Shown piece by piece: positions 11,901-21,683 of a stretch of 64,000 bases of DNA. Below the pieces are notes generated by a model. It worked only from the letters and a program-made list of their open reading frames with translations. It was not told the DNA's origin and did not search any database. Source of the DNA: Carpediemonas membranifera BICM (taxonomy: Eukaryota > Protista > Fornicata). Position numbers and translations under genes: made by a program. The stretch spans positions 248,001 to 312,000 of the forward strand of contig JAHDYR010000002.1 in NCBI GenBank assembly GCA_019828565.1. The letters run 5' to 3'. Every line of letters starts with the position of its first letter. Positions within the stretch are counted from its first letter, which is position 1.

Positions 11901-12178
11901 TCGCGTCGTTTGACGTCGCCAAGGGACGCTGGGTCGGCACCAGCGCTTGCGAGCCCGGCGCTGTCCTCGGCGTCCGCGACGGCACCACCGTTTCCATCGA
12001 GACGAAGGGAATACGCATCCCCAAGTGGCACGACCCCAACGCCGGTATTATGCCTTGGATCCGGCGTGCTGCTACGTCTGAGACAGTCGAGGCGATGAAG
12101 CAGAAGTTGAGGGGGGAGGGCGAAGAGGAGTCCAAGGGCATCGTGGGCCGGTGGTTTAAGAAGGATGAGAATACGTAG
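8960..12178 (+). CDS. Kelch-like + ankyrin + RhoGEF (DH-PH) protein with a duplicated kelch block
   Basis: DH motifs EIRDTERTYV and LLIMPVQRVPRY, PH end ERDEWLRDI, ankyrin GRTVLHLA, and kelch-like VFVHGG…YD…W present twice. Confidence 0.88.
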   Translation: MSEIGGKQPLKMSLKMLDAVKMSTYVNHSICCHLSDHVLGVHQHALMILHLSTRIHFRYSYKNELPFPEVHRACQLNGVVYALPSMGASFASFDLATRQWTKLADLPTTALVDFAMTAADDCVFVHGGKGKKALYVYDIADDAWTKHNTDFSAAGHAAGGRYLLHRTQFRRIVGKKLETLPDCPIEAENAQLVETADSLTVLAGGKLASFGVAKGRWVGTSACEPGAVLGVRDGAPVVVVPLGQCSDVGWLSKVQISNDFADILRISGINPDSPDLLTAKDLRGRTVLHLASSHRPEIVSDLISGGCSVNQLDKCSLPPLVDAVVADNYTAATALMKGGADPSFVTQDMLEGRPDLAELLRTQQTVVAQSMAPRRTHPSDRVFQAIATRVRIANEIRDTERTYVDAMRFMVDTVIPEFVARSEQRGWPKQLKNPSDVFANVDQFISANVELLARLDERLLDFDPTETAIGDIFVHTGAFFKMYKEYIKTYDSARELLQITSLALGTLFHRVQETPLTNYKDMLRLTDTHPLVAGFLDWVKCHPDNASHHDLLSLLIMPVQRVPRYTMLLAELIKRTDDGHPDMENLRAALKIMNDVADSVNAHMSEQERRDAVMGLKSSISNWNDVADCLALPQRQLYRRGQLHRQTANGEWRDRQHVLLSDVLFYISRGKLNVEKAVIPLCVAFVREGENENEIVISTPMKTTTLSANTPIERDEWLRDIQMRLNAIEGGLVGVRAARERLERRMAAAPVATPVSPLTDEWMLLIHSLSCALSAKIGHETMLAFIQDTPEADLSLAEFNGQDSVRVGSFVVRVGLDFKIISLESGDSVDYLMGTGYALPFPEVHRACQLNGVVYALPSMGASFASFDLATRQWTKLADLPTTALVDFAMTAADDCVFVHGGKGKKALYVYDIADDAWTKHNTDFSAAGHAAGGRYLLHRTQFRRIVGKKLETLPDCPIEAENAQLVETADSLTVLAGGKLASFDVAKGRWVGTSACEPGAVLGVRDGTTVSIETKGIRIPKWHDPNAGIMPWIRRAATSETVEAMKQKLRGEGEEESKGIVGRWFKKDENT
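9152..9661 (+). repeat. 510-bp intragenic direct repeat, copy 1
   Basis: Matches 11474-11983; one difference seen (G9591 vs A11913). Confidence 0.9.
11474..11983 (+). repeat. 510-bp intragenic direct repeat, copy 2
   Basis: Matches 9152-9661 at an offset of 2322 bp, in frame. Confidence 0.9.
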
Positions 12179-12333
12179 CATGGTATTATAAATATGATAC
12201 ATAGACTGGGTTGACTTGGGTGTGGCTGATAGAGACGCGCCAGGGAGCAATTTCTCAAGGTGGTCTTACCTCTCGCTGTGCGTATTTCGCGAAGTCATCA
12301 CTAAACACCCTTCATTTTTGCCCTCAGAGCATA

Positions 12334-12855
12334 ATGTCAAGGTATCTCACTCTTATGGTCCTAGCTGCTATGCTTATTTGTGTCTATGCCAAAAGCGATG
12401 CTCAAGAGAACATGGAATCTGATGACGACGGAATCATCATGACTTTCGGCATTCTCATCTTTGTTGGCATCATGACGATCATTCCCCTAGCGTTTGCCGC
12501 CATTGCCGTGATCGGAACCCTCGCCATCGTCTTCTTCATCTACTGGAGAGTATTTTCCACCATTGCCAACAGCAACAACTACGATGGCCAGGCGCTCTTG
12601 GCTTCAGACGGCACAGCTACCGCTACTACTATGACTGGAGTCCCTGTGCGCGTCCATACCGGCGTGGCTGTGGGCCCCAGGGTCACCGTGGGAGGCCCCT
12701 CTGTCGTGGTCGGCGGACTGATCCCCTCACTCATCGGTGCGGCACTGTTGTCTAACCAGCAGAAGCAAGCCCAGGCTCAGGCCCAGGCAAACGCTGCGAT
12801 GAGTCAGCAGCCAGCTATGCCGCCGACTGACTACAGCCAGACACCCTACCAGTAA
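12334..12855 (+). CDS. Small membrane protein (signal peptide, long hydrophobic segment, Q/P-rich tail)
   Basis: Signal-like N-terminus MSRYLTLMVLAAMLICVYA and hydrophobic stretch IIMTFGILIF…IVFFIYW. Confidence 0.65.
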   Translation: MSRYLTLMVLAAMLICVYAKSDAQENMESDDDGIIMTFGILIFVGIMTIIPLAFAAIAVIGTLAIVFFIYWRVFSTIANSNNYDGQALLASDGTATATTMTGVPVRVHTGVAVGPRVTVGGPSVVVGGLIPSLIGAALLSNQQKQAQAQAQANAAMSQQPAMPPTDYSQTPYQ

Positions 12856-12919
12856 GCATTGTTAGTTGTGGGAGACCTAGCCCAGGAAGAGAGGAGGGGG
12901 GAATGACAATTGCGCAGTA

Positions 12920-13070
12920 AAAAAGACTGTGCTGCGCAGGATTAGAATTGTTGAGTCCAAAACACACAGTGATCCGAGCAGCATCAGGATCGCAGTGTGG
13001 TTCATCATACTCTATCAATCGTGCGCAGCATATCACGTGCGCTGCAGCGCGTGCTTGCTCAACTTAGCAT
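12920..13070 (-). ncRNA. Candidate Fanzor omegaRNA scaffold
   Basis: Lies immediately 3' of the Fanzor stop. Outer stem 13030-13017 pairs with 12943-12930 (13 of 14 bp), with an inner hairpin at 12999-12963 and the palindrome GCGCTGCAGCGC at 13039-13050. Confidence 0.55.
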
Positions 13071-13071
13071 G

Positions 13072-14971
13072 TTAATGATAGCGAGGAAGAGCACCTCTCT
13101 GGGAGTCGTAGTGGAAAGGAGATTGCTCTATCTGATCTGAAGTTGCATCGAAGGAGCACCAAAGGATGTTCTCGCTGGCGCTCTTATCTCGGTGAGAGAG
13201 ATTGAGAAGTATGTCTCTCTGCTCGGGATGCCGACGTAGCCGTTCAACGCGCCATGGAGCTCCCTCGCACGCGGGATTCTGGCAGAGCATGGTGCGGTGT
13301 GTGCGCACCACACGTCGGAAGTGTGCTTTGCAGTATGGGCACACGATGGAAGTGCGGAATTCCGAGACCATGTCGACACTCACGACGACGTTGTGCCGGA
13401 GCATGATGCCAGGGAGAGCTCGAGCAAAGTGTCGGTACGGAGCACAGGAGGGAGTGCCGGCGGAACCGAACAGTGCAGCCCCATACGCGACTTCGAGGTG
13501 AATGGGCTCCGGGGGGCGCCCGCCGAGATCATCCAGGAGTTGACGTCCAGCCCGGGCGAAGTGCTTCAGGCGCAGACAGTGATTGGCAAAAGTCGCCCGG
13601 CGGAAACACTTTCTCGTCCCCTCGTTGAAGATCTGAACGATGTTCTCATGGACAAACCTAATCGACTGTTTGAGAGCCTCTAGACTTGTCTTTTTGAACG
13701 ATGCTGCGCTCATATTCACGCGGAAAGAGGGGGTGGCAGTGTAGCCACACTTAGCGAGTACGCCAGATACACTCTGCCTGTCTGGGCGGCGGATCGTGTA
13801 GCCGCCCAGCGACCGAGCACCAGGGTCGAAGCCCATGAGAGCTTGAATGTCCGGGGCAGGAGTAGCTTCGGCGTCATCCTGACCGAGCCGAGCCCGCTTG
13901 TTATTGCTACCCTTTTTGTACGTGGGCCGGTCAGCCACCCGCCACGGTATTTCTCGCGACCCACCCAAACCGTCACAGCAACAGAGACCCCGTCAGTCCT
14001 CACAGAGAGCACTCTGCGGAGCTTGGTGATGTCGCCGTGATCACGCTCGTATTCAGCCACCTGCTCGTCGGTCAAATTCTTGGTTGCTGACCAATTCACG
14101 TGCACACGCAGGCGCCTCTTCATCGCTGGGGTGAGCGCTGTTACTCCGCGCTCGAGGGTCATGAACCCAGGCTTGACCGGTGCCATCGGCACGAACGGAA
14201 CGAGCTTCGGCTCTGGCAGGGCCTGACTGAGCTCGAGGTTCACGGCACGAGTGAGTGTGACCAGCTTGGTCACTGCAGCAATCATGCGCGTGACGCACGA
14301 CAGCACGCCGACGAGGGCCTCGGCCACGGTACCAGTGCGACCCACCCGTTGCTCCTCGGGCAATGCATGCATTTGAGGATGATACCTGTCATGATCGGCG
14401 GCTATGGCGGCAACCTCAGTGTCGAGCTCGCCTAGGGTGTCGAGAAAATCCTGTCGAACACCCGGCTGATCATGGAGGAGCGGACGCACCCGTTCTAATC
14501 CAGCACGAAGACGGGTCAGGTACCCGGGTGACGCGCGCGAGAGCCAGACCCGGGTGGATGTGGAGTACTCGCCCAACCAGGTGTCAAATTGCTTGCACAA
14601 GCCAATGTAGCTATAAGCCGTGACGAAGTCCTGGACGAGTGGGGTTATGTCAGGGTCCCTCCACATCGCCAGGTCGCCAATCCACCTGCACCGATCCGCT
14701 GCCTTTGCCTTCGACACCTTTTGCTGAGCAATGCTGACGATCTGCTTGAGGACCTCCTGGTCGAACAGGTTGACCGTCCTCGGTGGGTCAACGCGTGCGC
14801 AGATGCAGAGACGCACGCAAGCAGGCAAGTGAATGTGTACTTAGCCTGCGTGAAAGAACGCATGCCCGGTTCAAGATTTCCTCGCCGCGGCGCGTTGTTA
14901 TCGCCTCCACCGTTAATCTCGCCAATGGCCTTGTTAACGGAAGCCTTCACTGTGTATATCTTGGAAGGCAT
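13072..14971 (-). CDS. Fanzor1-like RNA-guided nuclease (TnpB homolog), split by two frameshifts (about 14820 and 13950)
   Basis: N-terminal IYTVKAS; SVRTDGVSVAV; RuvC-I MGFDPG; VAYG; RuvC-II VSEFRTSIVCPYC; second Cys pair CQNPAC; RuvC-III HRDKSASENI. Confidence 0.85.
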
Positions 14972-16335
14972 CGGAGTCTATTGAGCTGCCTGCATCGATC
15001 ATTTCTTTTCAGGGTTCATCAGCTGGCAGCATCCCTCAAAACACAAGAAACCAGCATCATACAACACAAAGCGTCTTTACTACTAGCTACAACCGCTTTC
15101 GACCACTAGTGTCTCTCACAACAGACGAAGATGACGAAGACGACATGAGCTTCAGACGCCAGCAATGGACGACAGATGAGCGCGTAACAGACGAGCACAG
15201 ACGCGAAAGAAGGCAGCAGCGTTCGACACAGACGATGGACGACAGACGACGCATCTTTTCGTGCAGACCGACGACTGAAAGCACGAAAGCCCGATGGTAC
15301 AGACGAGGGCTGAAGTGGGTGAGTGGAGGTAGTGTGCTGCGCAGGATTAGAATTGTTGAGTCTAAACATGAATCCTCCACATAAACCCTCTAAATACCAC
15401 AAAGACTGTTGCGCAGTATAAACACATTGTTGGACCCTTCATAAGCACAAAGACTTGAACCTAAAACTGCACCACAATACGACGACATAGAGAGATGTTC
15501 AAGGGCTTCTTCAACAAAGGAACTGAACCGGTCCCCGAGATCGGCGAGATTCAGATTTTCGGTGATGGGATTGGTGGCGGCAAGGGATCTGGCGGCGTGG
15601 CGGACGGCAGAGATAGCTCTGGATATGGCGGTTACTGCTAAGATCCTGATATTATTGATGCATATGCGTTAAATGATGCGTATACTTGTCCTGTGAATCA
15701 AGTGAACTCGAATTGTGTTCATCTCGTGGTTTATGGTTTGTGGCTCGGAAGAAACGAGGCCTTGACCAGGAATCGATGACCAAGAACAGCTTGACGTTGG
15801 ATCGCACAAGAGCTCTTTCCGGTCGTCTACGCGTTGGCTCATCCTTTCTCCATCATGCAGCATGATCGTCTTCATTAGTCCGGAAAGAAAGGAGACTTCG
15901 CACTGGCTCCAACATCACTCTGACATCCATGTCCATCGCTTATAGGGACTTACAGGAGAGTAGTTTATAGGGAGGGGCTGACCGTTGCTGGGACCCGATA
16001 CGGTTCAGATCAGAGCCTGGCGCCAATTTGTGGGTCGAAATGAACAACACAGGTGATTCGGCATATGCAGCGTGAGAGCTCCATGGAGAGCCTCTCGTGC
16101 AATTTTGTTAAAAATACCCTTGCAGAAATATTTGTTTCGCGCATTTCTGGTCGTGCGCCGTCATTTGAGTCGAAAGTGAACGCTCAAATGCCCTTCATGA
16201 AAGCAGTAAAACACCCCGCAGCACCCATCATTGCATGTCCTCACTCCAATAGCGAAGTCAAACTTTGTCAATCGGTGAGACTCAAGCCCACCACAGTCGC
16301 TTTTGGAGTCTTCGTCACACAGATTTGGAGTGGAA

Positions 16336-17987
16336 ATGCTCGTCGATACTTTCTCTGTTGCCGGTAAGGCCGACACTACTGATTACAAGACGTCTAAGTT
16401 CGTATTTGGTGTGTTTTTGACTGACCTAGGTTCGTATACAACAACACTGAGGTGGAAATGAAGGACGGCCACGCCGTCGTTACTCCTACCCGCAAGGAAT
16501 TGGAGATCCGCATCAGCCAGCACGCTCCCAAGACAGGCCTCATGCTTGTCGGCTTCGGTGGCTCCAACGGCTCCACTCTTCTCGGCGGCCTTCTTGCCAA
16601 CCAGCACAACATCTCCTGGGAGCGCAAGGACGGCGTCTGCAACCCCAACTTCTTCGGCTCCATGATCGAGAGCTCCACCGTCCGTCTCGGCACCACCCAC
16701 GCCGGCGAGGACGTCTATGCTCCCTTCCGCAGCCTCGTCCCCTTCGTTGACCCCAAGAACCCCGACCAGTTCATGCTCGGTGGCTGGGACATCAACAACG
16801 ACAACATGTACGCCGCTATGCAGAAGGCCGCCGTCCTCGACGTGACCCTGCAGCACAAGCTCCGCCCCTACATGGAGAACATCACCCCCATGCCCTCCGT
16901 CTTCGACATCAACTTCGTAGCCGCCAACCAGGAGGACCGCGCCAACAACGTCATCACCGCTGAGTACGCCAAGGAGATGCTCGGCGAGGAGGTTGACACC
17001 ACCGGCCGCCGCTGGTACGTCGAGGTCATCAAGGCCCAGATGCGCAAGTTCAAGGAGGAGAACAACCTCGAGAAGATTGTCGTCCTCTGGACCGCCAACA
17101 CCGAGTGTTTTGCCCCCATCATCGAGGGCGTCAACACCACCGAGGCCGAGCTCCTCGCCTCCCTCAAGGACGCCGAGAAGAGCAAGCACATCGCCCCCTC
17201 CAGCCTCTTCGCCATCGCCGCCATCGAGGAGAAGGTCACATTCATCAACGGCTCGCCCCAGAACACCCTCGTCCCCGGCGTCATCGAGTACGCCGTCCGC
17301 AACCGCTCCATGATCGGCGGCGACGACTTCAAGTCTGGCCAGACCAAGATGAAGTCTGTCCTCACCGACTTCCTCGTCTCCTCGGGCATCAAGCCCACCT
17401 GCATCGCCTCCTACAACCATCTGGGCAACAACGACGGCCTCAACCTCTCCTCCCCCGCCCAGTTCCGCAGCAAGGAGATCACCAAGGCCAACGTCGTTGA
17501 CGACATCGTTGCCTCCAACGACATCCTTTACAAGCGCCCCGGCGAGATCGAGAAGCCCGACCACTGCATCGTCATCAAGTACCTCAAGTACGTCGGCGAC
17601 TCCAAGCGCGCCATGGACGAGTACACCTCCGAGATCTTCATGCGCGGCAAGAACACCATCGTCCTCCACAACACGTGCGAGGACTCCCTCCTGGCGGCCC
17701 CCATCATCATGGACATGGCCCTCTGCGGCGAGATGCTCGGCCGTCTCCAGATCCGCGAGCCCAACGGCGAGTGGGAGAACTTCCACCCCGTCATGAACAC
17801 CATCTCCTTCTTCTGCAAGGCCCCCCGCGTCCCCGACCAGACCCCCATCATCAACGCCCTCCCCGCCCAGCGCGCCTGCCTCGAGAACATCCTCCGCTGC
17901 GTCGCCGGCCTCCCCATCGAGACCAACATGCGTCTTGAGAACCGCGTCATGCCCATGATGCGCGAACGCGGCTCCCTCCAGGAGTAA
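16336..17987 (+). CDS. INO1: Inositol-3-phosphate synthase; 32-nt intron at 16398-16429
   Basis: Motifs GFGGSNGST, LWTANTE, NGSPQNT, GDDFKSGQTK, SYNHLGNNDG and CEDSLLAAP. Removing the intron GTTCGT…CTAG gives the N-terminus MLVDTFSVAG. Confidence 0.95.
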
Positions 17988-18500
17988 CTGTTCAAAACGT
18001 CCGTCCATCTTATCTGATAAAGCTTCAACATCAGCAGGCTGTGTCAAGAAGAGCATCATTGTGGAATGCCAGGGTAGTGGTTCCTTGCTCTCCTGATGAT
18101 GTTCGAGTGGGGAACATCATCGACTTGGCCAGCAAAGAAACGAAAAATAAAAAATGTGTGGTAGGCCAAGCCGTGGCTGCATTCACCTTTTTGATACTTT
18201 ACCAGATGCGGCCCTGAGGCTCAGCGTCTGTCGGGGCAGGCACAGTCGACCCGGCGGCGGCAAAGCTCCGGAGTCTTGTTTCAATCAAACTGTGACGATT
18301 CAAGCGAAAGGGATACTGGGTAGACTCTGATCCCTTTCAGCAGTACATCCGCACGTGCGTTCGAACCCGGACTTTACCCCATCACCCTTGTTAACCACCC
18401 GACCGACAAAGCGAGCTGAGCCCGGAAGGCGCTGACACAGGTAGCCTAGCCAGAACATCTGACCTGAGATGACCCTGTGACTGTGTTGAGAAAAGACGAC

Positions 18501-20056
18501 ATGGCCAACAAAGACAAGACGACTCTTGATGCATTGACAGCGGCCCATAAGCTATCAATCACTACCACGAACAGTATTGCAGGCGATGTTCCCTCGCTCA
18601 TTGACTGCGCATGCCGACGCCAATTGGAACAAGCTTCACTGATGTCCAGAATGCTGTTCGCGTTCAGGACGTTCAGGAGTAGACATGCTACCAACGATAC
18701 ACCGCAAGACGCCAAGAAACTTGATTCCCTCACCGCCATGCTCTCCGAGACCCCCCTCTCGAGCCAGCCGCGCAAGTCCTCCTCGATCGCGCCCGCTCGA
18801 TCCTCACCAGCGGCCCCCCGCTGTCCATGAACGTCGAGCTCGCGGAGGGGCAGGAGCTCCCGGCCGCCCTGCACACGCTCAACCAGGGCGCTTACCTTAC
18901 CAAGATGTATGACAAGATCTACAAGGCTCTCACGCCCGAGGCCAAGTGCCTCTGGTTCCTCTGCCGCAAGTTCTTCTTCACCTGGAACGTCGCCGAGAAG
19001 GACGGCGAGAGCTGTCAGTGGAATGCATTCGGGAGATGCTACCACCACCGCATGTACATGGGCCGACTCTTCATGCTCTGCATTGATGATTACGACACCT
19101 CTTTCACTAGGGCCAGAATGCCCAGGGCCCTCGAAGTCTATATCGAATGGTCAACCTACATCGACAGAACGCCCAAGGGCCTGTGGGGCTGGGGGCATAA
19201 CGATGTGGCTCACCTGGGGTTCAAGACATCTGGCTTCGTCGACCCGACCCGCCTCACCTTCCCCACCTGCCCCGCGGTCGCCGAGCTCGAGGCCAGCCAG
19301 CCCCCCTGGGAGAAGCACATGATGGTGACTGATGTGTCGATGAAGGGATATCGGACGTTCATCCTCACCCCAGTCGGCACTGTCATGGCCGGCTTCAATG
19401 CTCAGAGATATGTCGGCCCAGTCGACCGGGCGATCAGGAATCACTTCCACCCAGTCGCTGTGCCACCTGGCTTTGTCCCAGATCACATCATGCAGGGTAG
19501 CAGAGTTGCCATCCTCTCCATGGGCGATCGGCAGATGATCAGCGGGAGCAACTGGGATGGCCGCCTGGGACTCGGGCACGAGAATTGGGTGACCGGCTTC
19601 GTCGACCTGCCCTTCAGGGTTGACCGGGTCATGTCCGAATGGTTCTTCAACATATTCCTCAGCGGCCGCCAGCTGCTGTTCGCCGGAATGGTTCTCAAGC
19701 ATATCGCCAAGTCGGGCCTGCTTCCGGGATTCAATCAGCGCGACATCTGCCTCACACCCACCCCGCTCCGGTTCCCTGAGAGGGTCAAGGGGTTCTTCAT
19801 ATCACGCCAAGAGCTGATCTGGGTCACCGAGGGCAAGACCCATTATTGTAAGCATCATGAAGAACCCATCATTCTCCCCTTCGAAGCGACAAGTTTCTGT
19901 AAGGGCTCCTTCTGCAACCCGGCCGGCCAGTGGTTCGAGGCGTCACATGGCTCGGGCGAAGTGGCTGAGATGAAGGAGTGCGAGGCGCCGGCTCGTTCAT
20001 ATTTGCATACAATCGTCACTGTCGACGTCGACGCGTGGACCCCGGGCGCCGAGTGA
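18501..20056 (+). CDS. RCC1-like repeat family protein, copy 1 (frameshifted 5' part)
   Basis: RCC1-type motifs LWGWGHNDVAHLG and GSNWDGRLGLG; frame breaks near 18750-18825 at C-runs. Confidence 0.75.
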
Positions 20057-20250
20057 TAAAGACTGTTGTGAACATCTTGAAACACCCGCTGGGCAGAGTG
20101 AAGCGAGCCCTCCATCGGCTGCTTGGGGAGACAGCTCCGGCTGGTATCGCAGCTGTGAGCGTGTATCGCGGCGCCACGTCGGCTTCACGGCTGGCGGTCG
20201 GCGAGTCGGCAGTCAGAATTTGACATCCGCTGAACTGAGCGCCGGGAGCG

Positions 20251-21654
20251 ATGAGCAGCGCTGATTCCACGCATGTTGCTGCTAGAGAGGCGCTTATCTC
20301 CGCATTCCGTCTTTCAGTCGCCATCACCGCCTCGATCCCCGGGGACATCCCCACATTGCTCAAAGAGGCCTTCTCCAGGCACTTCAACGAGCAGATGCCG
20401 GCCATCCACGACGCAGAGACCACAACTACACCGACCAGCGCCGAATCGCTCTATTCCCTCACCGCCATGCTCTCCGAGACCCCCCTCTCGAGCCAGCCGC
20501 GCAAGTCCTCCTCGATCGCGCCCGCTCGATCCTCACCAACGGCCCCCGCTGTCCATGAACGTTGAGCTCGCGGCGGGGCAGGAGCTCCCGGCCGCCCTGC
20601 ACACGCTCAACCAGGGCGCTTACCTTACCAAGATGTATGACAAGATCTACAAGGCTCTCACGCCCGAGGCCAAGTGCCTCTGGTTCCTCTGCCGCAAGTT
20701 CTTCTTCACCTGGAACGTCGCCGAGAAGGACGGCGAGAGCTGTCAGTGGAATGCATTCGGGAGATGCTACCACCACCGCATGTACATGGGCCGACTCTTC
20801 ATGCTCTGCATTGATGATTACGACACCTCCTTCACTAGGGCCAGAATGCCCAGGGCCCTCGAAGTCTATATCGAATGGTCAACCTACATCGACAGAACGC
20901 CCAAGGGCCTGTGGGGCTGGGGGCATAACGATGTGGCTCACCTGGGGTTCAAGACATCTGGCTTCGTCGACCCGACCCGCCTCACCTTCCCAGCTGCCCG
21001 AAGGTCGCCGAGCTCGAGGCCAGCCAGCCCCCCTGGGAGAAGCACATGATGGTGACTGATGTGTCGATGAAGGGATATCGGACGTTCATCCTCACCCCAG
21101 TCGGCACTGTCATGGCCGGCTTCAATGCTCAGAGATATGTCGGCCCAGTCGACCGGGCGATCAGGAATCACTTCCACCCAGTCGCTGTGCCACCTGGCTT
21201 TGTCCCAGATCACATCATGCAGGGTAGCAGAGTTGCCATCCTCTCCATGGGCGATCGGCAGATGATCAGCGGGAGCAACTGGGATGGCCGCCTGGGACTC
21301 GGGCACGAGAATTGGGTGACCGGCTTCGTCGACCTGCCCTTCAGGGTTGACCGGGTCATGTCCGAATGGTTCTTCAACATATTCCTCAGCGGCCGCCAGC
21401 CGCTCTTCGCTGGGATGGTTCTCAAGCATATTGTCCAGTCGGGCCTGCTTCCTGGATACTTGTACATGGAGGAGGGAAGATTGAAAGGTGCGGTCACCCA
21501 CCCCAACAGAGGCATTGTAGACCTGGCACTTACCCTCGGCAAGGGCGGCTGCGATGTCAAACATGAGCCGGTGGAGCCAGCGGCTCAGTCAAGGTCAAGT
21601 CAAGTCAATTATTTCAGTCGACAACGAACCATGATGGTTACAGCACTGACATGA
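20251..21654 (+). pseudogene. RCC1-like family copy 2, frameshifted and 3'-truncated
   Basis: Near-identical to copies 1 and 3 until about 21460, then unrelated sequence. Confidence 0.7.
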
Positions 21655-21683
21655 GAACCACACTATTGTAGGCGCTGAATGCA

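Larger units (their letters stand above)
12910..15418 (-). mobile_element. Non-autonomous Fanzor-carrying element (boundaries approximate)
   Basis: Fanzor ORF bracketed by a 30-bp direct repeat (12928-12957 and 15333-15362) and by TTGCGCAGTA (12910-12919 and 15409-15418). No transposase inside. Confidence 0.6.

Noticed and set aside
9152-11983. DGR-like template/variable repeat pair
   Set aside because: Only one mismatch, both copies are in the same ORF, and the RTs in the window are LINE and gypsy types.
16398-16437. GTTCGTAT duplicated at the intron start and next exon start, as a sign of intron gain by duplication
   Set aside because: The DENN intron starts with the same GTTCGTAT, so it is probably the donor consensus plus coincidence.
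16383-18059. Long antisense ORFs (for example opposite INO1, 2227-3159 and the repeat regions)
   Set aside because: Shadows of strong codon bias or tandem repeats on the coding strand.
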